Origin: an uncultured candidate division Zixibacteria bacterium
GTDB lineage: Bacteria > Zixibacteria > MSB-5A5 > GN15 > PGXB01
Assembly (NCBI GenBank): GCA_963702205.1
Contig: OY969724.1
Coordinates: 2,656,001 to 2,720,000, forward strand
Direction: 5' to 3'
Length of the DNA stretch: 64,000 nt
Part shown: positions 20,001-30,895 of the stretch, one piece after another
Numbering within the stretch: the first letter of the stretch is position 1
Layout: every line of letters starts with the position of its first letter
Made by a program: the position numbers and the translations under genes
Notes under the pieces: generated by a model
What the model was told of the DNA's origin: nothing
Databases searched by the model: none
Seen by the model: the letters and a program-made list of their open reading frames with translations, nothing else

Positions 20001-20260
20001 AGAATTATCCCAATCCCTTCAACCCGACCACGACTATCACTTATTCTTTACCGCGATCGGCCGACGTGCAGCTTGACATATACAATATACTCGGACGACG
20101 GGTCGTTCGGCTTGTCAATGAATTCCAAAAGGCGGGCGAACATACGATCCAATGGAACGGCCGCGACCGTCGAGGCAATGAAGCGGCCTCGGGCATTTAT
20201 TTTTATCGCATAAGCGCCGATGATCGGGTGCAGAGCAAAAAGATGCTGCTGTTAAAATAA
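17038..20260 (+). CDS. secreted protein with FN3-like domains and C-terminal FlgD-Ig/T9SS-like sorting domain; split by a +1 frameshift near 18885 (ORFs 17038-18936 and 18962-20260)
   Basis: AGGAGG RBS then TTG 17038; signal peptide; FN3-like ISW...IEGYNVY...DGQTYFVSVTAVN; the second frame stays open upstream of 18962 and ends QNYPNPFNP...KKMLLLK. Confidence 0.75.
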
Positions 20261-20273
20261 TTTCTTAATTGTA

Positions 20274-20303
20274 CAGGGCCGCACAAAAAAAATGCGGTCC
20301 CTG
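20274..20303. terminator. probable terminator hairpin between convergent genes
   Basis: CAGGG-CCGCA-caaaaaaaa-TGCGG-T-CCCTG stem followed by ATTTTCT. Confidence 0.55.
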
Positions 20304-20319
20304 ATTTTCTGATTTTATC

Positions 20320-21135
20320 TTACTGCTCGCTACCGCCGAGAATTATCGGCAAACCATCCTTGGAATTCCCGATAACGACGATTTTCGTATTGGGCGATTC
20401 GGCAAGCTTTTCGGTTGCCTCTATACCCTTCCAGGTCAATAATGATTTGGTAACGCCGGATGCCACGATTTTCTGGAAGTCGGCGATACCCTGGGCCTCA
20501 ATCCTTTTTCGTTCGGCCTCCTGTTTTTCTTTTTGCAAAACGAATACCATTTTCTGGGCATCCTGGTCCGCCGACAGTTTGGCGTTGATGGCGTCAGAGA
20601 TTTTTGATGGGAGATTTATATCCCGGATTATGATATTTTCGCAAATAATAAATTTCTTCGATAACAGATCCTGCATGGCTGTCAATACTTCGTCATTGAT
20701 AACTTCCCGTTTGGTAGAATATATTTCTTCAGGTTTGAACTTCCCAACCACTGTTCGCGCCACTCCTCTCAAAGCCGGAGCGACAGCAATGTTGAAATAA
20801 TTCGGGCCCAGCGTTATCTGCAAAGAATCGAGCTTGGCTGGATCCGGTCGATACCAAACTGATACATCCAGTCCGATCGTGGCTCCGTCGGAAGAAAGGA
20901 CGACGAGATTTTCCTTCCCCTCCTCGAGCTGAATCTTATAGACGAACATGGAATTCCACGGCATATGCCAGTTGAAACCCTCGGGGTAGATCTTACCCAT
21001 TTGGGTGCCGTCTCCAAATTTCGAATAAAAGACCCCGCGATAACCCGACGGTATCTGAGTCCCGCACCCGACCAGCCCGGAGGCGATCACAACCAATAAA
21101 AATGCCAACAGGAATTTGCGATGATTCGCGGACAT
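20320..21135 (-). CDS. prohibitin/SPFH (band 7) family protein
   Basis: GYRGV, YPEGFNWHMPW, PEEIYSTKRE, IIRDINLP, EAERKRIEAQGIA; N-terminal LVGC lipobox-like sequence. Confidence 0.9.
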   Translation of the reverse strand: MSANHRKFLLAFLLVVIASGLVGCGTQIPSGYRGVFYSKFGDGTQMGKIYPEGFNWHMPWNSMFVYKIQLEEGKENLVVLSSDGATIGLDVSVWYRPDPAKLDSLQITLGPNYFNIAVAPALRGVARTVVGKFKPEEIYSTKREVINDEVLTAMQDLLSKKFIICENIIIRDINLPSKISDAINAKLSADQDAQKMVFVLQKEKQEAERKRIEAQGIADFQKIVASGVTKSLLTWKGIEATEKLAESPNTKIVVIGNSKDGLPIILGGSEQ

Positions 21136-21229
21136 AACTCCTCCTTGTCTAAGATTAAATTAACTTCCGTTTTAATAGAAGTATGTTATGACCGGATTAC
21201 TTCGAATTCAAGAAGAAAATTCAAACAAT

Positions 21230-22105
21230 TTATTTGGCTTTATAAAAGGCAACGTAACCATACGAGTAAATTTTCGTCGTATCCACGATTAACGGGTCCT
21301 CGCTTGTGGTATCGACGTCATAATCAACCGGCGTTTCGATAAAAATGAGGCGATTGAAGGGATCCGCCGTATTGCCGATTCTCCAGCCGGTTTTATATCG
21401 TCCGGCGGAAGATTTCGTTCTCAAACCGCGTAGCGTGGATGAATCTATTCGGACAAAAATAACGTCGTCATCATTGCTGGCATACGTCAGGCTGTCCCCT
21501 ATATCATATATTCCCAGAGTATCATAAAGCAGATATTCTCGATTCATACCTTGACCATCAAGCGATGTTTGATAGTGACCGTCATTTAATGTCCTGGCTG
21601 CGCCGAAATTATTGCCGGGGCTGTTAAATCCCCAGAATCTCCATCCATGATACTGATAACCGTCGTTGAATATTTTAATAAAAAACGCTTTTCGCGTGAC
21701 GATAGACTGATAATCATAAGCATGGGTCGTTTCTCCGCCGATATCAATTCGCATTATTTGTCCGAAATACGCATTTTTTATTTCGGCCCAGGCTGTATGA
21801 ACACCGGAATACGGAGGGACTTCGTGCGTACCACTGTCAATTGTTATGTCTGTACGCGAAATGACGGAATCGAATGCGTAATAATATTTATTCGATGAAC
21901 CGTCGCGTTCAAACGGCTTATCGGTATACAGGTCTGTCGTGAACAATTCGCTTCCTTCACCGGGATCACTCAGAAAAAGCTTAATTTGGTCGTAATATGA
22001 TGAGTTATAAACCGTCGGATTAGAGCATGAATTCGCCAAAACAAATACTGCGATTAATGCCGAAAATAAAATAACATACATTTTATGCTTATTCATTAAC
22101 ATCAC
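21230..22105 (-). CDS. hypothetical lipoprotein
   Basis: Signal peptide ending LANSC (lipobox); ATGA overlap with the uvrB stop. Confidence 0.65.
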   Translation of the reverse strand: MMLMNKHKMYVILFSALIAVFVLANSCSNPTVYNSSYYDQIKLFLSDPGEGSELFTTDLYTDKPFERDGSSNKYYYAFDSVISRTDITIDSGTHEVPPYSGVHTAWAEIKNAYFGQIMRIDIGGETTHAYDYQSIVTRKAFFIKIFNDGYQYHGWRFWGFNSPGNNFGAARTLNDGHYQTSLDGQGMNREYLLYDTLGIYDIGDSLTYASNDDDVIFVRIDSSTLRGLRTKSSAGRYKTGWRIGNTADPFNRLIFIETPVDYDVDTTSEDPLIVDTTKIYSYGYVAFYKAK

Positions 22106-24114
22106 CTTTTGCGCCTGTTTTTCAAATCGGATTTGATCTTTTTTATTTCATCGCGTATCGCGGCCGCCGTTTCGAATTCGAGGTTGCGCGCGGCCTTGTT
22201 CATCGCTTTCATCAAAAATGCAATCTGGTCTTCGGCCGTCATGTGCACGAAATGATCCGGTTTATCGAATTCCTCGGTTTCCGGCGTTTTGGAATCGGCG
22301 AATCTTGTCGCCTGAAGAATCTCGTCCCGCGTTTTAAAAATCGTCTCCGGATCAATATTGTGTTCTTTATTATAGGCCATCTGCCGGGTGCGGCGGCGTT
22401 CAGTTTCGTCGATAGCTTTCTTCATCGAATCGGTAATTTTGTCGGCATAAAAAATCACCTGTCCGTTCTTATTGCGGGCAGCCCGTCCGGCCGTCTGTAT
22501 CAACGATCTCTCCGATCTCAAAAATCCTTCTTTGTCCGCATCCAATATAGCTACGAGAGACACTTCCGGCAAATCTAATCCTTCGCGCAACAAGTTTATT
22601 CCAACCAGGACGTCGAATTCGGCCAGCCTTAAATCTCGAATGATTTCGGTCCGGTCAATGGCGTCGATTTCGCTGTGAAGGTAGCGAACCCGGATATTTA
22701 TTTTACTCAGGTAGTTGGCCAGGTCCTCGGACATACGCTTAGTAAGGGTTGTGACGAGGATACGTTCCTTTTTTTCGACCCGTTGACGGATTTCGTCTAT
22801 TAAATCGTCGACCTGAGTCGCCAGCGGCCGGATAGATATTTCAGGGTCGCACAGGCCGGTCGGACGAATGACCTGCTCGACAATCACCCCGCCGGATTTT
22901 TCCAGTTCAAAATCGGCCGGAGTGGCCGAGACATAAATCGTCTTTTGAGTCAGGCTTTGGAATTCATCGAAAAATAAAGGCCGGTTGTCCAGCGCCGACG
23001 GCAACCGGAAACCGTGTTCCACCAAAACCTCTTTGCGGGAACGATCGCCGGCGAACATGCCGCGTATCTGGGGCACCGTTTGGTGCGATTCGTCGATTAT
23101 GGTGACAAAATCATCGGGGAAAAAGTCGATCAAAGTGTACGGCCTCTCACCCGGCTTGCGTCCGGTCAAATGCCGTGAATAATTCTCGACACCGCTGCAA
23201 TACCCTATCTCCTGCATCATTTCGAGGTCATAATTAGTCCGCGATTCGAGCCTTTGGGCTTCCAGCAATTTTCCCGCCGCACGGAAATTCGCCAGCCTCT
23301 CTTCCAGTTCGGCTCTGACGGTAATCACCGCTTGTTCCATCTGCGGACGACTCGTAATGAAGTGCTTGGCCGGATAAATGGCTATCTTATTACGCTCGGA
23401 GATAATTTCACCGGTCAAAGGTTGAAATTCCGTCAGACGTTCGATGGTATCCCCGAACAGCTCAATCCGTATAGCTGTCTCCTGATAGGCCGGAATTAAT
23501 TCGATGACATCGCCGCGGACGCGGAAATTCCCGCGCGAAAAATCTATATCGTTACGATTGTAATGAATGGCTATCAGGGCTCTGATTATGCGGTCCCGCT
23601 CGAATTCCTGACCCAGCTCCATGAACAACAATTGATCGGCGTATTCCTTGGGCGAACCCAGGCTGTAAATACAGGAAACCGAAGATACAATTATAACATC
23701 GTCGCGCTCCAAAAGCGAGGCCGTCGCCCGCAGGCGGAGACGGTCGATGTCTTCGTTCATTGAAGTGTCTTTTTCTATGTAAGTATCCGTAGTCGGGAGA
23801 TAAGCTTCAGGTTGGTAATAGTCATAATAACTGATAAAAAACTCGACGGCGTTTTGAGGGAAAAACGATTTCAACTCGCCGTAAAGCTGGGCCGCCAGCG
23901 TCTTATTGTGAGAAATGACCAGCGTCGGACGACCGTAGCGAGCAATGACATTGGCAATGGCGAAGGTCTTCCCCGATCCGGTCACACCCAGCAGAGTCTG
24001 ATGTTTGTCACCCCGGTTCAGCCCCGCCACAAGCTGGTCGATCGCTGCCGGTTGATCGCCGCGCGGCTTATACGATGATACCAGCTGGAATGCCGTTTTA
24101 TCCTCACGGCTCAA
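22102..24114 (-). CDS. uvrB: excinuclease ABC subunit B
   Basis: [43 protein letters not shown]-terminal UVR domain; TTG 24114 after GAGGGA. Confidence 0.98.
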   Translation of the reverse strand: MSREDKTAFQLVSSYKPRGDQPAAIDQLVAGLNRGDKHQTLLGVTGSGKTFAIANVIARYGRPTLVISHNKTLAAQLYGELKSFFPQNAVEFFISYYDYYQPEAYLPTTDTYIEKDTSMNEDIDRLRLRATASLLERDDVIIVSSVSCIYSLGSPKEYADQLLFMELGQEFERDRIIRALIAIHYNRNDIDFSRGNFRVRGDVIELIPAYQETAIRIELFGDTIERLTEFQPLTGEIISERNKIAIYPAKHFITSRPQMEQAVITVRAELEERLANFRAAGKLLEAQRLESRTNYDLEMMQEIGYCSGVENYSRHLTGRKPGERPYTLIDFFPDDFVTIIDESHQTVPQIRGMFAGDRSRKEVLVEHGFRLPSALDNRPLFFDEFQSLTQKTIYVSATPADFELEKSGGVIVEQVIRPTGLCDPEISIRPLATQVDDLIDEIRQRVEKKERILVTTLTKRMSEDLANYLSKINIRVRYLHSEIDAIDRTEIIRDLRLAEFDVLVGINLLREGLDLPEVSLVAILDADKEGFLRSERSLIQTAGRAARNKNGQVIFYADKITDSMKKAIDETERRRTRQMAYNKEHNIDPETIFKTRDEILQATRFADSKTPETEEFDKPDHFVHMTAEDQIAFLMKAMNKAARNLEFETAAAIRDEIKKIKSDLKNRRKR

Positions 24115-24405
24115 GGCCGTCCCTCTTTCCTGTCTTATTTGGGTCTTTGGTTTGTTCACGCAAGTTCTCAATATATATCAAAGCCCCTCCATTTCAATCA
24201 CTTTATAAAACAATCGAACCTCTCACCCGGTTCAAACATATAATTAAGTGACGAAGAAGCCAATTATTCGTTTAAAATGCAGACTGATGGGAGACACAAA
24301 AGCATTCATGAAAGTACGACACTTTTAGCTTGACTAACGCCGTAAAATGGTTAAGTTTACGGCTTTACTGTCAGGTTATGGATAACAAGATTTGGAGGAC
24401 ATAGA

Positions 24406-24726
24406 ATGTATGCAGTCTTTGAAGCCGGGGGGCTCCAGTTCAACGCCATAGAAGGTGCCACTGTGAAAGTCCCGTTCATCTCTGCCGATCCGGGCGCGAC
24501 CGTTTCCCTCGACCGGGTGTTGCTCATTAAAGACGGTGAAAACGCCCTGGCCGGTTTTCCCTATCTCGATTCGGCCAAAATCGAGGCCGAAGTCATTGCA
24601 CAGGGTTTGGCCGAAAAAGTAACCGTCTACAAATTTCGTCGGCGGACCAAATATCGCCGCACCCGGGGGCATCGTCAAAAATACACGGAACTCAAAATCA
24701 AGAAGATAGTATCGCCGGAAAATTGA
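24406..24726 (+). CDS. rplU: 50S ribosomal protein L21
   Basis: MYAVFEAGGLQF...KFRRRTKYRRTRGHRQKYTELKI. Confidence 0.96.
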   Translation: MYAVFEAGGLQFNAIEGATVKVPFISADPGATVSLDRVLLIKDGENALAGFPYLDSAKIEAEVIAQGLAEKVTVYKFRRRTKYRRTRGHRQKYTELKIKKIVSPEN

Positions 24727-27234
24727 ATCAGTTGTATTTACGTATAAAAATCGCCGGACCGGAATTGCAAATATTCCGGTCTTTTATCTTGATTGCCGTT
24801 TTGGTCGCTCTTCTTGGCCCCGGCGTTTCGGCTCAGACATATAATATTGTCGATATTCAGATAGAAGGCAATCATGCCGCCACGTCCGATATGCTCCAAT
24901 CCGTCATCAACCTGAAACCGGGTGATGAATTAAAGCCGAATGTCATTCCGGCGGCTGTACGTTGTTTGTACACCCTGGGATTTTTCAAAGACGTCCAAGT
25001 GGACGCCGAGGAAGTCCCCGGCGGTGTCAAGGTCATATTCAAAGTGGTCGAGCTGCCCCGATTGCAGAACCTCGAATTTAAAGGCAACGATAAAGTCGGC
25101 ACGGACGATCTTAAGGAAAAACTCGATCTATCGGTCGGGCGGTATTTGTCACCAAATCTGATTTTTGAAAATCGAAACAAAATTTTAGATTTGTACGGCG
25201 AAAAAGGATATTTCCTCGCCAAAGTCGATTATGAACTGGACTATAACGATGATTCCACGTCGGCCACGCTGGTATACAAAATACACGAGGGCTCGAAGGT
25301 TAAAGTAGAGAAGGTAGTTCTCACCGGTGCCGTCATAACTCCCGCTAATAAGATTATAGGCAAGATGCGCAACCGCAAACGGGGCTTTTTGAAATCCTCT
25401 AACTTCGATAAAGAAAAGTACCCGGAAGACCTCGACAAAGTAATCGCTTATCTGCATGATAACGGGTTTGTCGATGCCTATCTGAAATCCGATTCCCTGA
25501 CCATCGATTCGACCCGCAACCGCATGACCATATATCTCGACGTTTACGAGGGCCCGCGATATTACTTCGGGGAAACACACTGGGCCGGGAACGATCTCAT
25601 ATCATCGGATATATTGAATGAAATCGTAAAGTACAATGAAGGCGATATCTTTGACCGCGACAAATTCGACAAATCGACCATGGAAGTGTATTTCGCTTAT
25701 CAGGAAAAGGGTTACCTGCACACAAGAGTCAACGATGATTTCAAAACGCGCGACAGTATCATCGACATAAATTACGACATCGTCGAGGGCCTTCCCTCGA
25801 AGGTCAATCTGGTCAATATCATCGGCAACACGAAGACCAGGGATTTTGTCATCCGCCGCGAGATGCCGACCCGCCCCGGGCAGGTTTTTCACCGGTCCTA
25901 CCTGCTCCGTTCGGTCCGCGAAGTTATGGCCCTCAATTATTTCGAGGATGTCACCCCCGACTTTATCGACCTGCCCAACGGCGATATCGATGTCATCATG
26001 AAGGTCAAGGAAAAGCAAACCGGCTCTATTTCCGCCGGGGCCGGATACAACGGACGCGATAAATTTGTCGGGACATTCGGAATGGGGATTCCCAATTTCA
26101 GGGGCATGGGTCAGACTTTGAATTTCAATATCGATGCCGGGGCGTCGACCAATTGGTACTCGATATCGTTTACCGAGCCGTGGTTGTTCGGACGACCGAC
26201 GTCGCTTGGCACCGATCTTTATCTCTCCAATCGCGATTATTTCACCGACTATACCGAGGGCCGCCGGGGCGCTGCGGTTCAGGTCGGACGGCGTTTGCGC
26301 TGGCCGGACAATTATACTCGCGCCTACGTGCAATACCGACTTGAGGACGATCGGTTTTATAATTTCAGCGATGGCTACCGATACGCCAATTCACATTTGA
26401 CGAGGCTGATGTATGATACCCTGGAAGTGGACGAGTTAGGCAACCCGACCGGCAATATCATATATGACGCCGACACGACATTTATAACGGGTGACCCTTA
26501 TCCCGGCTCTCTTCTCGAATTCAACGAAAGATGGAAAACGTCTTCGAGTTTGCAATTTACTTTTACTCGGGACAGCCGGGACTTACCCGAATTCGCAACG
26601 TCGGGCTCGAAAATTTCATATTCTTTTGAGGACGTCGGTGGAATACTGGGGGGATATTGGGAGTATCAAAAACATACTTTAGCCTTAGCCAAATTCATTC
26701 CCGTATGGGGTGATATCGCTTTGGCCGGAAAACTGACTTTAGGCGCCATCAATGCACCGTCCGGCGACCACCGCATTTTGGAATTCGACAGGTTTTCCCC
26801 CGGCGGCACCGATTATGACGGCGTCATTCGCGGTTATGAAAGCGGATCACTAACGCCGGACACCATACAGACTATCGTCGTAAATGAATTGCATTATAAT
26901 CCCGATTCGACGGGCAGGTTTGAAGATCAATATATAACGACATCCCGAGCGCGCGTACGGGGCAAGTTACATGCTGGTCGGAAATCTGGAATTGCAAATT
27001 CCGTTGATAAAAAACCAGCTCTACGGTTTACTATTTTCAGACGCCGGGAATTCATTCTTGAAATTATCAGACTACAAGCCGAACCGGGTTTATCGCAGCT
27101 ATGGTTTCGGATTTCGGCTGGTCGTGCCCGGTATTGGCACGCTCGGATTCGATTTTGGCTATCCCCTCGATCACCGCGAAGGACAGGATAAAGGCTGGAA
27201 ACCTCATTTCCAGATTGGCACAACCATTAGATAA
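24723..27234 (+). CDS. bamA: outer membrane protein assembly factor BamA; +1 frameshift near 26967 in this sequence
   Basis: POTRA repeats (GNTKTRDFVIRRE), barrel motifs (FTEPWLFG, IRGY); C-terminal strands (DAGN...SYGFGFR...PGIGTLGFDFGYP...HFQIG) lie in ORF 26971-27234. Confidence 0.93.
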
Positions 27235-27279
27235 TTTTATATTGTTAACGGTATGAATTCAATAAAAGGAGTCAGAATC

Positions 27280-27804
27280 ATGAAAGGAAAACATGGACTT
27301 TTGCTGGGGCTGGGAGCGTTGGCTTTGTTATTGGTTTTTGCCGCATCGGCCGGAGCTCAGGTAGGTAAATTCGGCTATGTCGACTCGGAAAAAATATTCA
27401 GCAGCTATAAAGAATGGCAAAAAGCCCAGGACGACTACAACGCCGAATACAAGGCCTGGGATGAACAGGGCCAGCAAATGCAGCAGGAGCTGGAAGACAT
27501 CACCAATGAATACGAAAAGCAAAAGCTGATCCTTTCCCCGGAAAAGAAAAAGGAACGCGAAGCGGCAATCGACGCCAAGAAGCAGGCGCTCGATGCTTTC
27601 ACCAAACAGGTCTTCGGTCCCAGCGGCAAGGCTGAGACGCGCAACGCCGAGCTGGTGCGACCACTGCTCGAAAAAATTAACAACGCCATCGAGCGGGTTG
27701 CGACCGAAAACAACTACGACTTCGTATTCAATTCCAGCGGTCTGGCGTATGCCCGCCAGGATTATGACATCACCGATAAAATCCTGGAAGCACTGGAAGA
27801 ATAG
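27280..27804 (+). CDS. skp: OmpH/Skp periplasmic chaperone
   Basis: AGGAG RBS, signal peptide, [22 protein letters not shown]; follows bamA. Confidence 0.92.
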   Translation: MKGKHGLLLGLGALALLLVFAASAGAQVGKFGYVDSEKIFSSYKEWQKAQDDYNAEYKAWDEQGQQMQQELEDITNEYEKQKLILSPEKKKEREAAIDAKKQALDAFTKQVFGPSGKAETRNAELVRPLLEKINNAIERVATENNYDFVFNSSGLAYARQDYDITDKILEALEE

Positions 27805-27815
27805 CCGGGTGCTCT

Positions 27816-28766
27816 TTGGGTAAAACGCTCAAAGAACTGGCCGAACTGGTCGGTGGAAAACTCGAAGGTGATGGCGAAACGATTATTGAGGCCGCCGCGC
27901 CTATAGCGACGGCCCAGACGGGCGACATTACATTCGTCGCCAATAAAAAGTACGGAAAGTTTCTGGAGACGACCGCCGCATCGGCGGTTGTTTTATCTGA
28001 AGAAATCAAATCGACACGCTGCCCGATCATCCGGCATGAAAACCCGTACTATGCCTTCGCCCTGATTCTCGATGACCTCTACCCCGACCGGCCACCATCA
28101 CAAAATATCCACAGCTCAGCCGTAATCGAAACATCAGCAACCATTGGAGCCGGGACATCGATCGGTGCCCTTTGCTACATTGGCAACGATGCGTCTATCG
28201 GTACCGACTGCCGCATTTATCCCCGGGTCAGCATTCTCGACGGTTCCAAAATCGGCGACAATGTCATCCTCCACAGCGGCGTCGTTATCGGGGCCGATGG
28301 TTTCGGCTTTGCACCATACGAAAAGGGTCTGAAGAAAGTCAAACAGGTCGGCTGGGTGGAAATCGAATCCGACGTCGAGATCGGCGCCAATACAACCGTA
28401 GATCGCGGCGCTCTCGGACCGACCCGAATCGGGAGGGGGACAAAAATCGATAACTTGGTGCAGATAGCCCATAATGTCAATATCGGTCAGAATTGTATCA
28501 TCGTCTCTCAGGTCGGTATATCGGGCTCGACAAAATTGGGCACTGGTGTCATTCTGGCGGGACAGGTGGGATTAGTGGGGCATATCGAAATCGGCGACGG
28601 TGTTCAGGTCGGCGCTCAGTCGGGTGTTGCCAAGTCCGTTCCGAGCGGAAAAGTTTTCTTCGGTTCACCGGCGCGGGAGGCAATGACCGCCATGAAAATA
28701 GAAGCCTGCCTGAGCCGCCTGCCGGAACTTTTTAAACGGGTCAAAAAATTAGAGGAGCCTGAATAG
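27816..28766 (+). CDS. lpxD: UDP-3-O-(3-hydroxyacyl)glucosamine N-acyltransferase
   Basis: Hexapeptide repeats, [32 protein letters not shown]. Confidence 0.95.
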   Translation: MGKTLKELAELVGGKLEGDGETIIEAAAPIATAQTGDITFVANKKYGKFLETTAASAVVLSEEIKSTRCPIIRHENPYYAFALILDDLYPDRPPSQNIHSSAVIETSATIGAGTSIGALCYIGNDASIGTDCRIYPRVSILDGSKIGDNVILHSGVVIGADGFGFAPYEKGLKKVKQVGWVEIESDVEIGANTTVDRGALGPTRIGRGTKIDNLVQIAHNVNIGQNCIIVSQVGISGSTKLGTGVILAGQVGLVGHIEIGDGVQVGAQSGVAKSVPSGKVFFGSPAREAMTAMKIEACLSRLPELFKRVKKLEEPE

Positions 28767-28800
28767 CTCCTCCAATATCGATTTTTATTTTTCAGAGAAT

Positions 28801-29229
28801 TTAGAATGGAAGATCATCGTCTTCGGCGCCCAGGTCACCCGGAGGCGGCGCTTCCGGAGGGACATCGGGGCTCGAAGCACCTCCACCGCCCTGGTCTCCC
28901 CGGCTGCCGAGGAAATTCAATCTTTGTGCGATAATTTCTGTCGTGTATCGTTTGTTGCCGTCCTTGTCGTCCCAGCTTCGGGTCTGGATGCGGCCTTCAA
29001 TATAAACCTGACGGCCCTTGGACAGATACTCCTTGGCGATTTCGGCCTGGCGACCCCACACTACGATATTATGCCATTCCGTTTTGTCCTGCATGTTCCC
29101 GTCGCGGTCTTTCCATTTTTCCGACGTCGCCAGCGAAAATGACGCCACGGCCGTCCCGCTCGGCGTATAGCGCAGTTCCGGGTCCTTGCCGAGGTTTCCG
29201 ATCAGGATGACTTTATTGATGCCTGCCAT
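28801..29229 (-). CDS. ssb: single-stranded DNA-binding protein
   Basis: [23 protein letters not shown]-terminal DDDLPF. Confidence 0.97.
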   Translation of the reverse strand: MAGINKVILIGNLGKDPELRYTPSGTAVASFSLATSEKWKDRDGNMQDKTEWHNIVVWGRQAEIAKEYLSKGRQVYIEGRIQTRSWDDKDGNKRYTTEIIAQRLNFLGSRGDQGGGGASSPDVPPEAPPPGDLGAEDDDLPF

Positions 29230-29268
29230 ATTTATTTCCTCATGTTAGGCTTTATTTTCCGATGGTCA

Positions 29269-29297
29269 AATATAAGCGGAGCCGCCGCGGCTGTCAA
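29269..29297 (-). promoter_or_regulatory. putative sigma70 promoter of ssb
   Basis: Minus strand TTGACA-17 nt-TATATT. Confidence 0.6.
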
Positions 29298-29382
29298 TCA
29301 TCTTATTGACAGTTATGGATTTTGCTTGCCTGCAGAAATTAAGTCGATATTTTGCCTTGAAACGACGGCGCTGGAGTATCTT

Positions 29383-30087
29383 ATGAATAACAAAGGAACG
29401 CTATACCTCGTCCCGACCCCGATCGGCAATCTGGGCGATATGACACCCCGGGCAATCGAAACCCTTGGCAATTCCGAATTGATTGCCTGCGAAGACACCC
29501 GTACCTCGGGACATCTGCTCAAGCACTTCGGGATCAACGCCCGCACCATAAGCTACCACGATTTCAATGAACAGAAACGCCTGCCGAAACTTCTTGAGGT
29601 GCTCAATGCGGGCGGTAATATTTCCGTCATCACCGACGCCGGCGCCCCCGGTATTTCCGATCCCGCCTATCGTATCATTCGAGCGGCCATCGAAAATGAC
29701 ATTACCGTATCGCCCCTGCCCGGAGCCGGCGCTTTGATTCCGGCCCTGACCGGTTCCGGTTTGCCGCCGGACCGTTTCTTTTTCGAGGGATTTTTGCCCC
29801 CCAAAGCGGGCACGAGAAAAAACCGGCTGAAAAAGCTGGCCGAACTTGAGCACACCCTTATATTCTATGAATCACCTCACCGTATCGAGAAAACCCTCGC
29901 CGACTGCCTTGAAGTGTTGGGCGACCGCGATGGTTGCATAGCGCGCGAACTGTCCAAGATGCACGAAGAATTCATTCGCGGCTCGCTCAATCAACTGCTC
30001 GAAACCGCGCGCACCCGAAACCTCAAAGGTGAATTTGTTTTAATCATTCATGGCGCTGCAAAATCCAAAAAGCACAATGCATCCTGA
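29383..30087 (+). CDS. rsmI: 16S rRNA C1402 2'-O-methyltransferase RsmI
   Basis: LYLVPTPIGNLGD, ACEDTR, DAGAPGISDP, FYESPHR, RELSKMHEE; GGAG RBS before ATG 29383. Confidence 0.95.
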   Translation: MNNKGTLYLVPTPIGNLGDMTPRAIETLGNSELIACEDTRTSGHLLKHFGINARTISYHDFNEQKRLPKLLEVLNAGGNISVITDAGAPGISDPAYRIIRAAIENDITVSPLPGAGALIPALTGSGLPPDRFFFEGFLPPKAGTRKNRLKKLAELEHTLIFYESPHRIEKTLADCLEVLGDRDGCIARELSKMHEEFIRGSLNQLLETARTRNLKGEFVLIIHGAAKSKKHNAS

Positions 30088-30895
30088 AATATTCCATATC
30101 GGATCCGTAACGATTCGCAGCTATGGCGCTCTTTTGGCGTTGTCGTTCGTGCTGGGCGTCTGGTACGTTTACGCCGTGTCGAAAGGCACCGAGCTGAATC
30201 TGTCGCGGATTTTGATATTGTCGTACATTATGATTCTCGGCGGCGTCTTCGGCGCGCGGCTGTTCTATGTCCTGTTTCATATCGAGGAGTTCTCCGGTCA
30301 CTGGTTAGCCACCATTAATCCGTTTCAAAGCGATCAGTTCGGCATTGCCGGTTTTAACATGTACGGCGGTGTTATCACCGGGCTGGCTTTAGCCCTGTAC
30401 TATATGAGACGAACCGGTTTGAAAGTTCTTCGCACTCTGGATTTCTTCGCGCCGACCATCGGGCTCGGTCTGATTTTCACCCGCATCGGCTGCTTTTTAA
30501 ACGGGTGTTGCTTCGGGACGCCGACCGACAGCTTTCTCGGCGTGACTTTCCCGGCCGGATCGACGCCGTGGTTTATTCTTGGCAGCATCCCGATACACCC
30601 GGCGCAGTTGTACAGCTCTTTTTACGGCCTGATTTTGTTTTTATTCCTGCACTGGAAACTTAAGCGCAAGCGTTTCGACGGTGAAATAACCGCCTGGCTG
30701 CTGATTCTCGAAGCGTGCTTTCGTTTCGCGGTCGAATATGTCCGTTATTACGAACTGGACATGATGGTCAACATTTTCGGTGTCAAAGCCACCTGGAATC
30801 AGGTTATGGCGATTTTCATGATTGTCGGTGGCATCATTTTGTACATGGTGCAACGATCCCGATATCTGTCGTCAGGGAATTCGAGTGAAACCTGA
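30077..30895 (+). CDS. lgt: prolipoprotein diacylglyceryl transferase
   Basis: MHP...SYG, GARLFYV, YGG, RIGCFLNGCCFG, HPAQLY, RFAVEYVR. Confidence 0.93.
   Translation: MHPEIFHIGSVTIRSYGALLALSFVLGVWYVYAVSKGTELNLSRILILSYIMILGGVFGARLFYVLFHIEEFSGHWLATINPFQSDQFGIAGFNMYGGVITGLALALYYMRRTGLKVLRTLDFFAPTIGLGLIFTRIGCFLNGCCFGTPTDSFLGVTFPAGSTPWFILGSIPIHPAQLYSSFYGLILFLFLHWKLKRKRFDGEITAWLLILEACFRFAVEYVRYYELDMMVNIFGVKATWNQVMAIFMIVGGIILYMVQRSRYLSSGNSSET

Noticed and set aside
26955..26975. programmed frameshift in bamA
   Set aside because: No slippery heptamer or stimulatory structure seen; an assembly error is more parsimonious
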